Shown here: positions 37,394 to 45,934 of the stretch, in pieces
Numbering within the stretch: position 1 is the stretch's first letter
Layout of the letters: the number at the start of each line of letters is the position of its first letter
Position numbers and translations under genes: made by a program
Assembly (NCBI GenBank): GCA_002779075.1
Contig: PEXK01000050.1
Location: forward strand, 38,933-102,932
Reading direction: 5' to 3'
Origin: Candidatus Diapherotrites archaeon CG08_land_8_20_14_0_20_30_16
GTDB lineage: Archaea > Iainarchaeota > Iainarchaeia > Iainarchaeales > 0-14-0-20-30-16
DNA length: 64,000 nt
Notes under the pieces: model-generated
The model's input: the letters and a program-made list of their open reading frames with translations, nothing else
Told to the model about the DNA's origin: nothing
Database searches by the model: none

Positions 37394-38653
37394 TTACTTT
37401 TTTCCCAATAACCATTTCCAAACAGGCTTAACATAAATTGTTTTTTTGTCTTGTTTTATTATTTGTTCTTGATTATAAGTTAAAATTACTCCTGAATTTA
37501 AATTCAAATCTGTTATTGCATTTAACAACCCGTTTACTTCTCTAGATTTATCTTTGTCTGTTAATTCATATGTAACTTGTATGCACTCTTTAACTTTATC
37601 ATTTTCACAAACCACAAAATCACACTCTAAATCATTCTTGTAATAATATATCTTTCTTCCTGTAGCATATAACTCTAAAAAAATCAAATTTTCTAATTTT
37701 AGACCAAAATCTTCTTTTACATCAAAAAGAGAAACATACCCGTTATCTATAAAATACATTTTTTTACCAAAACTCCTAGTTCTCAAAGATTTTCTATATT
37801 GGGATAAAGATAAAACTAAAAAATTGTCTTCAAAAACCTGAAAATAATTATATACTTTATTTTTATCTATTTTATAATCAATACTTTTAAAAAATGAATT
37901 GTAAGAATTTATTGTAACTTCACTTTTTATATTTTCTCTTATTTTTTTAAGCAATAATTTTATTTCTAATTCGTTAAAATCAGAATTTGTTTTAAGAACA
38001 TCACTAACACCCAATTCAAAATAAGATGTTAATATATCCTCTTTTTTATTACTTAAAACCACTTCTGGAAACCCACCATATTGAAGATATTCTCTAAATA
38101 AATTTATAATCTTAGCATTTGGTTGAATTAACACATCTCTTTTAGTAAACCCCTTAAAATATAAAAAACATTCAAAATTTAAAGGAAGAACTTTTTTCTC
38201 AATAAATCTTGCACCCCTCAAAGATCGTGAATTAGCATTTAACATTCTTGAATTTGAGCCAGTTACAAAAACCCTATATTGGTTGTCTACCAAATTTCTA
38301 ACATATCTTTCCCAATTATCTATATGTTGAATCTCGTCTAAAAGCAAAATTGGTTTTTTATTAGGATGTATAGAATTATAAGTCAACAAAATACTATCTA
38401 AATTCTCTGATTTAAAATTAACTAATTTAGGGGCTTCAAAATTAATAAATATAAAATCCTCTTTACTCAAACCTTTTTCAACAAGTAAATCACAAATCTC
38501 ATATAATAAAGTACTTTTGCCTGCGCGTCTTGGCCCTATTAATAAATAAGATGAATTCCCTGAGACTACATTTATCGCAATATCTCTATTTATAAAATTA
38601 TTCTTGCCCGTCCAAAATTTACGATATAATTCTAATAAAATATCTTCAAACAT
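37394..38653 (-). CDS. AAA_14 / DUF4143-family ATPase (archaeal ATP-binding protein)
   Basis: Walker A is LLIGPRRAGKSTLL. Walker B is ILLLDEIQHI. The ORF is 419 aa and has a C-terminal DUF4143-like region. Confidence 0.7.
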   Translation of the reverse strand: MFEDILLELYRKFWTGKNNFINRDIAINVVSGNSSYLLIGPRRAGKSTLLYEICDLLVEKGLSKEDFIFINFEAPKLVNFKSENLDSILLTYNSIHPNKKPILLLDEIQHIDNWERYVRNLVDNQYRVFVTGSNSRMLNANSRSLRGARFIEKKVLPLNFECFLYFKGFTKRDVLIQPNAKIINLFREYLQYGGFPEVVLSNKKEDILTSYFELGVSDVLKTNSDFNELEIKLLLKKIRENIKSEVTINSYNSFFKSIDYKIDKNKVYNYFQVFEDNFLVLSLSQYRKSLRTRSFGKKMYFIDNGYVSLFDVKEDFGLKLENLIFLELYATGRKIYYYKNDLECDFVVCENDKVKECIQVTYELTDKDKSREVNGLLNAITDLNLNSGVILTYNQEQIIKQDKKTIYVKPVWKWLLGKK

Positions 38654-38674
38654 ATTAATATAACATATTACTAG

Positions 38675-38740
38675 TATAAATAGTTTCCGCTATTTACGGA
38701 AACATACTTAATATAGTTTCCGCTATTTACGGAAATACAA
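38675..38740. promoter_or_regulatory. Two tandem copies (period 33 nt) of a palindrome-containing repeat ATAGTTTCCGCTATTTACGGAAA, immediately upstream of the DUF4143 ATPase gene
   Basis: Copy 1 is at 38681-38702 and copy 2 at 38714-38735. The inverted repeat is GTTTCCG-N7-CGGAAAC. TATA-like sequences (GTATAAA, TAATATA) precede each copy. Confidence 0.45.
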
Positions 38741-38803
38741 GTCAATGATGCAAATTACATGTATTACCTAAAACAAGACCGGGTTTTAAATAACTTATCC
38801 TAA

Positions 38804-39478
38804 TTAATTTAATTTAAATGGATTAAAATTAGTTTTATTATCATAATAATCTTCGTGTTCTTTCTTCTTTAACCAACCAATAACTAAATAAGTTACAGGA
38901 GTTAATATTGTTTCTAATAAAACTTTCAAAAACCAGCCAAATAAAATAGATATCAATAAAATGTTGTTTGGAATAACGCCATATAAAGCAATAGAATAAA
39001 ATAATATTGTATTTGCACCCTCACCAAATATTGTAGAACCTATTGTTCTTGTCCACAAATATTTTCCTTTTGTCCAAATTTTCATTTTTGCTAAAACAAA
39101 ATCATTTAATATTCCGCCAACCCAAACAGCAATCCAGCCACCAATTAATATTCTTGGTACTTGCCCTAATACAATTTTGTATGCTTCATTAGCACCAAAA
39201 CCGGGTGCAGGACTTAAAATGGATACTAACCAATAAACTAATCCTGCTAAAACAGATGCAAAAAACACATATCAAACTACTTTTCTTGCTTGTGCATAAC
39301 CATAAACTTCAGTAAGTACATCTGAAATAATATAAGTTATTGGAAAATACAAAACAGTAACAGAAACAATAAAAGGGCCCTATGCAATTAATTTTGTTGC
39401 AGTAACATCTGAAATTAATTGAAATACAATATATAATATTGTAAACAATCCCAAATATTTGTAAGCTCTATTTTGCAT
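38804..39478 (-). pseudogene. YhhQ/Vut-family queuosine-precursor transporter-like gene with two in-frame stop codons (TAG at 39380-39382, TGA at 39272-39274). No frameshift.
   Basis: It is a single 225-codon frame: MQNRAYKYLGLFTILYIVFQLISDVTATKLIA*GPFIVSVTVLYFPITYIISDVLTEVYGYAQARKVV*YVFFASVLAGL...GEGANTILFYS... Family-like blocks occur on both sides of each stop. Confidence 0.5.
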
Positions 39479-39499
39479 AATAAAATACTTCCAACAGGT

Positions 39500-40549
39500 T
39501 TATATAACTTGCTCTAAGAACTCTTTATCAAAAAATGCAATGTCTTTGTATTCTTGTCCTACGCCTAAGAAAAGAACAGGTTTCTTTAGGCCTAAAGAAA
39601 TTGAAAGCAAAGTACCGCCTTTTTCATCAACATCTACTTTTGCAAGTATAAACGCATCAAATTGCACATATCTATTAAAAGATTCTGCTTGCATTAATGC
39701 TGTTTGCCCTGCAATAGCTTCAGCTACAAATACAATGAAGTCTGGTTTGATAACATTCTTTATTTTTGTTAATTCTTTCATTAAATTTTGTGCATTGTCT
39801 TGCCTGCCTGAAGAATCAACTAAAACAAAATCAATATTTTTTGATTTGGCAAATGTTAAAGCATCATATGCAACACTTGCAGGATCCCTGCCATACTTGC
39901 CCTTTATTATAGGCACCTGCAATTTGTTTGCATGCCCTTCTAACTGGTCAATTGCAGCAGCCCTGTAGGTATCTGAAGCACTTAAAACAACAGTTTTTTT
40001 ATTTTGTTTTAGATAATAAGCAAGTTTTGCGATATTAGTTGTTTTGCCACCACCATTTGTTCCAACAAACAAAATAGTATATGGTTTTTTTGATTGATTA
40101 AAAAAAGATTCATCGAGAGCTTTAGGATAGTTTTCAAAAACAATATCTAAAAATAGTTTCTTTAAATATTCTTCTTGATGGGTCTTTGAAACGCCTTCTT
40201 TTTTTATTTTTTCTCTTAATGATTTTTTTAATATCTCACATACTTGTAAAGAAACATCACTTTGCAACATAGATAATTCGAACATGTCAATTAAATCATC
40301 TATTTCTTTATCACTTAAAGAATATTTATCTGCAAAAACAGCTTTTAATTTAGTAAAAAGGGAAACCTGCGCTTTCTTTTCTTTTTTAATTTCTTTAATA
40401 ACTTTTGTTTTTTCTTTTATTTTATTAAGTGTTTCAGCAGGTTTCAATTCTGGTTTTATTTCCTCTTTTTTTTCTTCTTTATTAGTTTCTTGGAACAGAC
40501 CTAACTTCTCAGATAAAGTCTGTAATCCTTTCTTAAGGCTAGCAAACAA
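39500..40549 (-). CDS. ftsY: Signal recognition particle receptor FtsY
   Basis: The GTPase motifs are ILFVGTNGGGKTTNIAKLA, DTYRAAAIDQL, VDSSGR and AKVDVDEKGG. The N-terminus is K/E-rich. Confidence 0.9.
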   Translation of the reverse strand: MFASLKKGLQTLSEKLGLFQETNKEEKKEEIKPELKPAETLNKIKEKTKVIKEIKKEKKAQVSLFTKLKAVFADKYSLSDKEIDDLIDMFELSMLQSDVSLQVCEILKKSLREKIKKEGVSKTHQEEYLKKLFLDIVFENYPKALDESFFNQSKKPYTILFVGTNGGGKTTNIAKLAYYLKQNKKTVVLSASDTYRAAAIDQLEGHANKLQVPIIKGKYGRDPASVAYDALTFAKSKNIDFVLVDSSGRQDNAQNLMKELTKIKNVIKPDFIVFVAEAIAGQTALMQAESFNRYVQFDAFILAKVDVDEKGGTLLSISLGLKKPVLFLGVGQEYKDIAFFDKEFLEQVI

Positions 40550-40607
40550 AATGAATCACCAAATAACAAAATATCAAACCAATACAGAATTAATAGACAA
40601 AATTACT

Positions 40608-41183
40608 TTATAAATTATCCTGTTTAGCTTGTGATTTTTGTTGTAATTGTGTTAAATATTTGTACAATTGGTTCAAATTTTGCTGAGTTTGTGTTTGTAG
40701 TTGATGTAATTTCTTTGCACTGTCTATAGCGGAAGTCTTTCTTTTTTCTAAATTAGAAATAATTTTTTCAGTTGTTCGAAAAATCATTGCTTTTGTTCCT
40801 GTATTCACACAAAAATTCTTTGTGTCTTCAATTTTTGCTTTTGCAAAAATACCGTTGCCAAAATTAATAAAAACTTCTTTTCCTTTTGAATCTTTTAACT
40901 CTTTCAACGCAAATATTGTTTTATCTGTTTCAAAAATTGCTTGCTCTACTTTTGTTAAATCATTATTTAAATGCTCAAGTTTGTGTTGCTCGTCTTGAAA
41001 AAATTTATATGCTTCCTGGGGTGTTAATTGTATTTTCTTAACAATCTTTTGCTTTTGCTGATCCTTAATCTCTTCTGCTTTTTCTTGTGATTTTTCTTCC
41101 TCTTTTTTTTTAGATTTCTTTTCTGTTTTCAATTCTTCTTTTATTTCTGTCTTTTTTTCTTTATATTTATTATCTTTTTTCAT
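40608..41183 (-). CDS. pfdA: Prefoldin alpha subunit with K/E-rich N-terminal extension
   Basis: Coiled-coil, beta-hairpin, coiled-coil layout. The hairpin region is GKEVFINFGNGIFAKAKIEDTKNFCVNTGTKAMI. Confidence 0.65.
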   Translation of the reverse strand: MKKDNKYKEKKTEIKEELKTEKKSKKKEEEKSQEKAEEIKDQQKQKIVKKIQLTPQEAYKFFQDEQHKLEHLNNDLTKVEQAIFETDKTIFALKELKDSKGKEVFINFGNGIFAKAKIEDTKNFCVNTGTKAMIFRTTEKIISNLEKRKTSAIDSAKKLHQLQTQTQQNLNQLYKYLTQLQQKSQAKQDNL

Positions 41184-41191
41184 AAAACCAC

Positions 41192-41851
41192 CTAATTATA
41201 CAAAATATCTGTTATTCTTATTAATTCATAACCTGTTGTTTTTCTTCCAACTATAATTCCATTATCATTCAGTAGCATTCCATTTGCAATAAAACCATCG
41301 CCAAAATTTACTGTTGCAATATTTCCTTTTACTTTGAAAATACTTTCTATCTTTTTAATGTCTTGGGTAGTTGCACTTGGAGCAACAGCAAAACCATTTT
41401 TATTAACTAACAAATAACTTCCTATTGCCGGCAATTGCCCTACTTGAAAAGTAATTGCTTTAACACCTAAAAATTCATCAATAACTTTAACTGATTTAGA
41501 CTTGAATTCTTTACTCAAAACCACTTGTTTCTGATTTGTTGCAAATAGATTGCCAACTGCAAAGTATTGATCCAACAGAAGAACTTCAAAACCATTGGAT
41601 TCGAAAAATTTAATATCTTCTTCCCCAGAGATTTTAGACAAAATGACTTTATTATTGTATAGCTTTGCAAGCACACCATTTAAATGCGATTCTGCAATAT
41701 TATGCTTTAAACATTCAACACCCAAAGTTTTTTCTATAACTTTGCATTCAGAAACAGAGACTGAAGTTGGAACTATTGCTTTATCTTTTCCTAAAGCAAC
41801 ATAAATTCCTATGTGTGATGTGTTATTAATATCCAATTTGGCCAGTTCCAT
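41192..41851 (-). CDS. eif6: Translation initiation factor 6 (aIF6)
   Basis: The ORF is 219 aa. Repeated GxxxxV/LP pentein-like units are present (HIGIYVALGKDKAIVP, GNLFATNQKQVVLS, GDGFIANGMLLNDNGIIVG). Confidence 0.8.
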   Translation of the reverse strand: MELAKLDINNTSHIGIYVALGKDKAIVPTSVSVSECKVIEKTLGVECLKHNIAESHLNGVLAKLYNNKVILSKISGEEDIKFFESNGFEVLLLDQYFAVGNLFATNQKQVVLSKEFKSKSVKVIDEFLGVKAITFQVGQLPAIGSYLLVNKNGFAVAPSATTQDIKKIESIFKVKGNIATVNFGDGFIANGMLLNDNGIIVGRKTTGYELIRITDILYN

Positions 41852-41859
41852 TTTAAGAC

Positions 41860-42360
41860 CTACTTTTTAACCTCTTTCTTTCTAGTTTTTATGTCCTCTT
41901 TTTTAATTTCTGGTTTCTTTATTTCAGACTTTGTTTCTTGTGATTTATCTTTAGTTACTTCCTTTTTGCTTGTGTCTTCTTTTTTGTTTTCCTTGCTATC
42001 TTCCTTTTTATGTTCTTTGTCCTTTTCAGTTTTTTTGCTGCTTGTTTTCGTTTCATCTTTAACATCTCCTTTTTTACCAGATAATAATTCATCTTTTCTC
42101 TTTAAATCTTCTGGGGTGTCTAAAAATAAATATGTTTTATTATTTTTTTCAACACCTACCAAAGAAATCTTACTTGGATTATTTACTCGTCCTTTGCTCC
42201 ATACAAACTCATTTATTTGCATTGAAATAACACATTCTTTGTTTCTAAAATGTTTTTTTAATTCTGCTCTCAAAACAGTCATTGCGTGTTTTGCTTTGTG
42301 ATTAAAATTTGTTCCTTTGACATTAATTCCAATTGTAACTTTTTTCTCTTTATTTTCCAT
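41860..42360 (-). CDS. rpl31e: Ribosomal protein L31e with K/E-rich C-terminal tail
   Basis: The L31e core reads KAKHAMTVLRAELKKHF...ISMQINEFVWSKGRVNNPSKI. Confidence 0.75.
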   Translation of the reverse strand: MENKEKKVTIGINVKGTNFNHKAKHAMTVLRAELKKHFRNKECVISMQINEFVWSKGRVNNPSKISLVGVEKNNKTYLFLDTPEDLKRKDELLSGKKGDVKDETKTSSKKTEKDKEHKKEDSKENKKEDTSKKEVTKDKSQETKSEIKKPEIKKEDIKTRKKEVKK

Positions 42361-42549
42361 TTAATCACCTTTATTATCAAATTCGTGACCAAATTCTGTT
42401 CTTTTCCATGTTCTTTTTGCTTTGGTATTGTAAAATCGCTTTCCTGCTTTTTGCATTATCCAAACAGGGGCACAGAAAATTCCTTTTCTAGTTTTCTTTC
42501 TTACAGTTCTCAAAAATGTTTTCTTTTCTGATGTCTTTTTAGATGACAT
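42361..42549 (-). CDS. rpl39e: Ribosomal protein L39e
   Basis: The ORF is 62 aa and basic. APVWIMQKAGKRFYNTKAKRTWKRT matches L39e. Confidence 0.7.
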   Translation of the reverse strand: MSSKKTSEKKTFLRTVRKKTRKGIFCAPVWIMQKAGKRFYNTKAKRTWKRTEFGHEFDNKGD

Positions 42550-42574
42550 AAATACCCTCCATTTATTTATGTAA

Positions 42575-42613
42575 CTGTTGTAATTTCTAATTTTTAGAAG
42601 AAATTATCAACTG
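42575..42613. promoter_or_regulatory. Copy X of the repeated palindromic promoter/leader element (CTGTTGTAATTTCT-N9-AGAAATTATCAACTG), about 40 nt upstream of L39e
   Basis: It has the same sequence and orientation as the copies at 7214-7251 and 46113-46152. The inverted-repeat arms are TTGATAATTTCT / AGAAATTACAAC in mRNA sense. Confidence 0.45.
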
Positions 42614-42623
42614 GAACATAGTT

Positions 42624-42911
42624 TCACTTCCTTTTAATATTAAAATCTCTTGAATCTCTTGCCTGCAATAAAATCTGCTTCAATGTAGAATCATCAACAG
42701 GTAATTCTAATTTTCCTCGCTGTGCTGAATTAATTAAAAAATTTGCAACTTGCAAATATCTTTCAATATTAACTAATCTAACATTGTTTAATCTTTCACG
42801 CGCTTCTGGATCAAGAACTTTGTACAGAAGAAATTCTATTTTTTTCATCTGCTCAATATCAAGATTTGAAGAATCTTGATTTGCTTGCTGATTTTGTTCT
42901 TCAGACAACAT
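42624..42911 (-). CDS. dsDNA-binding protein, PDCD5/TFAR19 homolog
   Basis: The ORF is 95 aa. LDPEARERLNNVRLVNIERYLQVANFLINSAQRGKL matches the dsDNA_bind family. It sits in the conserved S19e-L39e-L31e neighbourhood. Confidence 0.65.
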   Translation of the reverse strand: MLSEEQNQQANQDSSNLDIEQMKKIEFLLYKVLDPEARERLNNVRLVNIERYLQVANFLINSAQRGKLELPVDDSTLKQILLQARDSRDFNIKRK

Positions 42912-42912
42912 C

Positions 42913-43338
42913 TCACTTCTTGTTTTTTAATTCATTGCTAACTTGTTTTGCAAACTTGTCTAAATATGTTCGTCCTTTTGGAGTGATTTTTCTTCCTCTC
43001 TCGGTTTTTGCTAAAAAACCTTCTTTTTCCAAAGTCTGAACGCTCAGCCTTGCACATTTGCCAGAACCTTTTGCAAACTTAGCTGGTTTTGTACCACGTG
43101 CCTGTTTGCCCCCAAAATAGCCTCTTAAGATATTTACTCCCAAGGTCTGCTTTGTGTAGTACTTTCTTAGAGTTGCTGCTAATCTAATATACCACCAATC
43201 TGGATCTTCTGGTGCCCTTTCTCTTGATCTTCCGGTTTTTATAAAACTTGAAAAGCCAGGACCTTTTACTTTAGTTTTCAGGTCTTCAGCGGTCTTTGCC
43301 AACAATTTATCAGTTGGTACGTCATAAACACTAACCAT
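42913..43338 (-). CDS. rps19e: Ribosomal protein S19e
   Basis: The motifs PDWWYIRLAATLRKYY, GGKQARGTKPAKFAKGSGKCAR and QTLEKEGFL match S19e. I placed the start at MVSVYDV. The RBS is GAGGAGATATTT-ATG. Confidence 0.85.
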   Translation of the reverse strand: MVSVYDVPTDKLLAKTAEDLKTKVKGPGFSSFIKTGRSRERAPEDPDWWYIRLAATLRKYYTKQTLGVNILRGYFGGKQARGTKPAKFAKGSGKCARLSVQTLEKEGFLAKTERGRKITPKGRTYLDKFAKQVSNELKNKK

Positions 43339-43521
43339 AAAATATCTCCTCAGTTTAAAATATGTAACTCTTTGCAACTTAGAATAAAATAAACTTATTA
43401 TATAATTATAGAGTAAGGCTTTTAAAAGAATTACGTACATCTCGGCAAATCCTTTATAAACCTTATTGCCTTTATTTTATAGTTTGATTTTAAAGGAAAA
43501 TTTATTTGTTTAGGTGAGAGA

Positions 43522-43920
43522 ATGTCGGATTTTAAATATGTTTCAGCAAATTCCTGTAAAGAAGGAAGTATAATAGAAATTGAAGGCTTTCCCTGTAAAA
43601 TCACTAGTGCCGAACATTCTAAACCAGGGAAACACGGTGCTGCAAAAATAAGATTTGTTGGTGTCGATGTTTTTTCTGACAGAAAATACAATTTGGTGGC
43701 AGCATCTGGCGATGAATTAAAAACTCCAATTATTGCAAGAGGTAATGCACAAGTTGTTGCTAATTTGGGTTCCACTTACCAATTGATGGATTTAACAACC
43801 TACGAAACATTTGAAGCACCAATACCAAAAGAACAAGATCTAGTATCAAAAATAACTAATGGCTGCGAAGTTGAATACATTAGAGATGATGACAAAGTAA
43901 GAGTATTAAGAACCAAATAA
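43522..43920 (+). CDS. eif5a: Translation initiation factor 5A (aIF5A)
   Basis: The hypusine loop is SKPGKHGAAK. The ORF is 132 aa. Confidence 0.85.
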   Translation: MSDFKYVSANSCKEGSIIEIEGFPCKITSAEHSKPGKHGAAKIRFVGVDVFSDRKYNLVAASGDELKTPIIARGNAQVVANLGSTYQLMDLTTYETFEAPIPKEQDLVSKITNGCEVEYIRDDDKVRVLRTK

Positions 43921-43924
43921 TGTG

Positions 43925-44647
43925 TTAAGCACGCCAACCAAATAAATAAGCAGGGCCAAGTTTTATCCAACCTAAATAAGGAATATCAAACCAATATTTG
44001 GACAAAATATTCTCTTTTTGCAAAGCGTAAGGATACAGGCATTGAACTTTTATTGTTCCTTGAGGTGTTTGTAATGCAAAATCACAATCTGCGTCTAAAA
44101 CAAAATTAGTATTCTCGTTATCTCCTTTTGTTAAATAAAATGTGCCATCATTTGCTTTTATGCCTAATACTGCTCTGTGAATTATTTCTTTCTTTTGCAA
44201 AGGCGAATAATATACAACAACATCACCTTGTTTGTTCAAATCAACAATTGCCCCAGAAACATTTAGATCTTTTATAATAAATTGATTGTTTTGTAGAGTG
44301 TAATTTACACTCAAATAGTTATTTAGGGGTTGGCCTTTGATATTTTTATCAATTGTTATATATGTAGTATCGATCGTTTTAGGGCTGCCCAATACTGCAA
44401 TATCTCCAATTTCCAAATAATGCTGCATTGAACCAGAAACAACAATCATTGCTGCTTGATGTCCACCCAAAATCAATGCAAGAATCTTCAAGATAATATA
44501 TGCTAAAACAAATGCGTAAATTAAAAAAATTAAGAAGTTAAAATACTTATTAGTGATGTTATTTTTTTCTAAATATTTAACAAACAAGTCATAAGGATAA
44601 AATGGATCTAAATATTTCCAATTCCATTTAAATTTAGTTTTAGACAT
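43925..44647 (-). CDS. Signal peptidase I (archaeal Sec11/S26 type)
   Basis: There is an N-terminal TM helix. The catalytic Ser box is VVSGSMQHYLEIGDIAVL. Confidence 0.7.
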   Translation of the reverse strand: MSKTKFKWNWKYLDPFYPYDLFVKYLEKNNITNKYFNFLIFLIYAFVLAYIILKILALILGGHQAAMIVVSGSMQHYLEIGDIAVLGSPKTIDTTYITIDKNIKGQPLNNYLSVNYTLQNNQFIIKDLNVSGAIVDLNKQGDVVVYYSPLQKKEIIHRAVLGIKANDGTFYLTKGDNENTNFVLDADCDFALQTPQGTIKVQCLYPYALQKENILSKYWFDIPYLGWIKLGPAYLFGWRA

Positions 44648-44662
44648 GCAAACCTTCCAAAA

Positions 44663-45064
44663 TCAAAGATCTTTTTTTTGGTGTTTCTTTTTCTTTGGTT
44701 GTTCTTCTGTTTCTTTTTTAGGCTCTGATTTTATTTCTTCTTTTTCTTGATTCCTCTTTACAAAAGAAGAACTGTGTAGATTGGTATCCTTAGGAATCTC
44801 TTTTAACATCCCTTCTTTAAAAGAGGTAATTTCTTTTTGTAATTCATCAACACTCTTTAGCAAAACTTCACGAGGATTTGCATTTTTTACAACCAAAATA
44901 AATTCTGCATCTTTGTCTTCAGGGTGCTTTAGCATGCCTGATGCCATTGTAACTTCTTTATGAGTCAGCAACTGCTTTTTCAACATTCCAGGAATAGTGT
45001 ATCTTGAATTATACATTTTGAATTTTATTTTATCTTTTGTTTCTTCAATTATTTCAATCTTCAT
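44663..45064 (-). CDS. rpoL: DNA-directed RNA polymerase subunit L (Rpb11-like) with K/E-rich C-terminal tail
   Basis: MKIEIIEETKDKIKFKMYNSRYTIPGMLKKQLLTHKEVTMASGMLKHPEDKDAEFILVVKNANPREVLLKS matches RpoL. Confidence 0.65.
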   Translation of the reverse strand: MKIEIIEETKDKIKFKMYNSRYTIPGMLKKQLLTHKEVTMASGMLKHPEDKDAEFILVVKNANPREVLLKSVDELQKEITSFKEGMLKEIPKDTNLHSSSFVKRNQEKEEIKSEPKKETEEQPKKKKHQKKDL

Positions 45065-45642
45065 TTATGCTCACCTTTGTAAATATAATCTTTTGCCAAT
45101 TTTCTTGTTTCTATTCCTTTACATTTAGAACAGATCATAACAGAACAATCCTTTAATTTCACATCTTTGCCTTTCTCCAACAATTTTTCTCTACATTTAC
45201 TACACAGGCCCAATAAAACTCCTAAAGCACCATCCTTCATAGTCAAAAGATATGCTCCTGGATCTTCATCTATAATCTGGGCTTTAATTAAATCTCCAAT
45301 CTTTACTGCTTGTCTTGGGTTTTCTAAATATGATTGACTTAAATTTGCAATAAAAATTACACCAGATGTTTTTGGTAAAGTTCTTTTCTTATCATCCTGA
45401 CCTTTTACTTCTTGTATGTCAACCAAAACTACTTTTTCTTTTACATCTGTAACTAAACCTATTACAGAATCACCAACTTGTGGTAAAACCAATTTCCCCA
45501 AAACAGATATCTCTTTTTTTTGTGGGTCTTTTTTCACTTTGCCAATTACGCTGGCTATAATATTTCCTTCTTCATCAACAACAGTGCCTTTTCCTGCCAA
45601 ATATTCTTCTTCTTTTGCAATTATGTCTCCTATAAACACCAT
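45061..45642 (-). CDS. csl4: Exosome subunit Csl4 (S1 domain plus C-terminal Zn ribbon)
   Basis: The S1-like segment is GDSVIGLVTDVKEKVVLVDI. The C-terminal C4 ribbon is CSKCREKL...CSVMICSKCKG. Confidence 0.6.
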   Translation of the reverse strand: MVFIGDIIAKEEEYLAGKGTVVDEEGNIIASVIGKVKKDPQKKEISVLGKLVLPQVGDSVIGLVTDVKEKVVLVDIQEVKGQDDKKRTLPKTSGVIFIANLSQSYLENPRQAVKIGDLIKAQIIDEDPGAYLLTMKDGALGVLLGLCSKCREKLLEKGKDVKLKDCSVMICSKCKGIETRKLAKDYIYKGEHK

Positions 45643-45664
45643 AAACCCACCTATATCAATTAAC

Positions 45665-45925
45665 CTATATTAAAGTTGTTGCTAAATTATTTATTGACGA
45701 TACCCCCTCAATGCCATTTAAATAATCTTCAACATTATCTGATACTCCATCTGTTTTATCTGGAACAATTATTGCAACTCTAATTGCTTCAGTGCCAAAA
45801 ACAAAAGGCACTCTTTTAACCTCTTGCAATCTGCCAACAGATATGTTCCTTACTTCCTTTTCTACTTTACCTAAAAAATCTTGATCTTCAACAGTAACAT
45901 CATAAACTAATAATATATCGCCCAT
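45665..45925 (-). CDS. ef1b: Translation elongation factor 1-beta (aEF1-beta)
   Basis: The ORF is 87 aa. The motif is VPFVFGTEAIRVAIIVPDKTDGVSDNVEDYLNGIEGVSS. Confidence 0.7.
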   Translation of the reverse strand: MGDILLVYDVTVEDQDFLGKVEKEVRNISVGRLQEVKRVPFVFGTEAIRVAIIVPDKTDGVSDNVEDYLNGIEGVSSINNLATTLI

Positions 45926-45934
45926 CAAAATTCC

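Noticed and set aside
38675-38740. A CRISPR array, considered because of the short tandem direct repeats here and at 59977-60027
   Set aside because: There are only two copies of each repeat. The spacers are 10-13 nt. No cas genes are nearby. The repeats sit in promoter positions. No CRISPR-like array exists anywhere in the window.
39540-42531. The plus-strand ORFs 39540-39968, 40284-40613, 41595-41804, 41891-42301 and 42286-42531
   Set aside because: All are antisense to the strongly supported minus-strand genes ftsY, pfdA, eif6, L31e and L39e. They are low-complexity translations.
43431-43775. A 114-aa minus-strand ORF
   Set aside because: It is antisense to the well-supported aIF5A gene (hypusine loop SKPGKHGAAK) and has no motifs.
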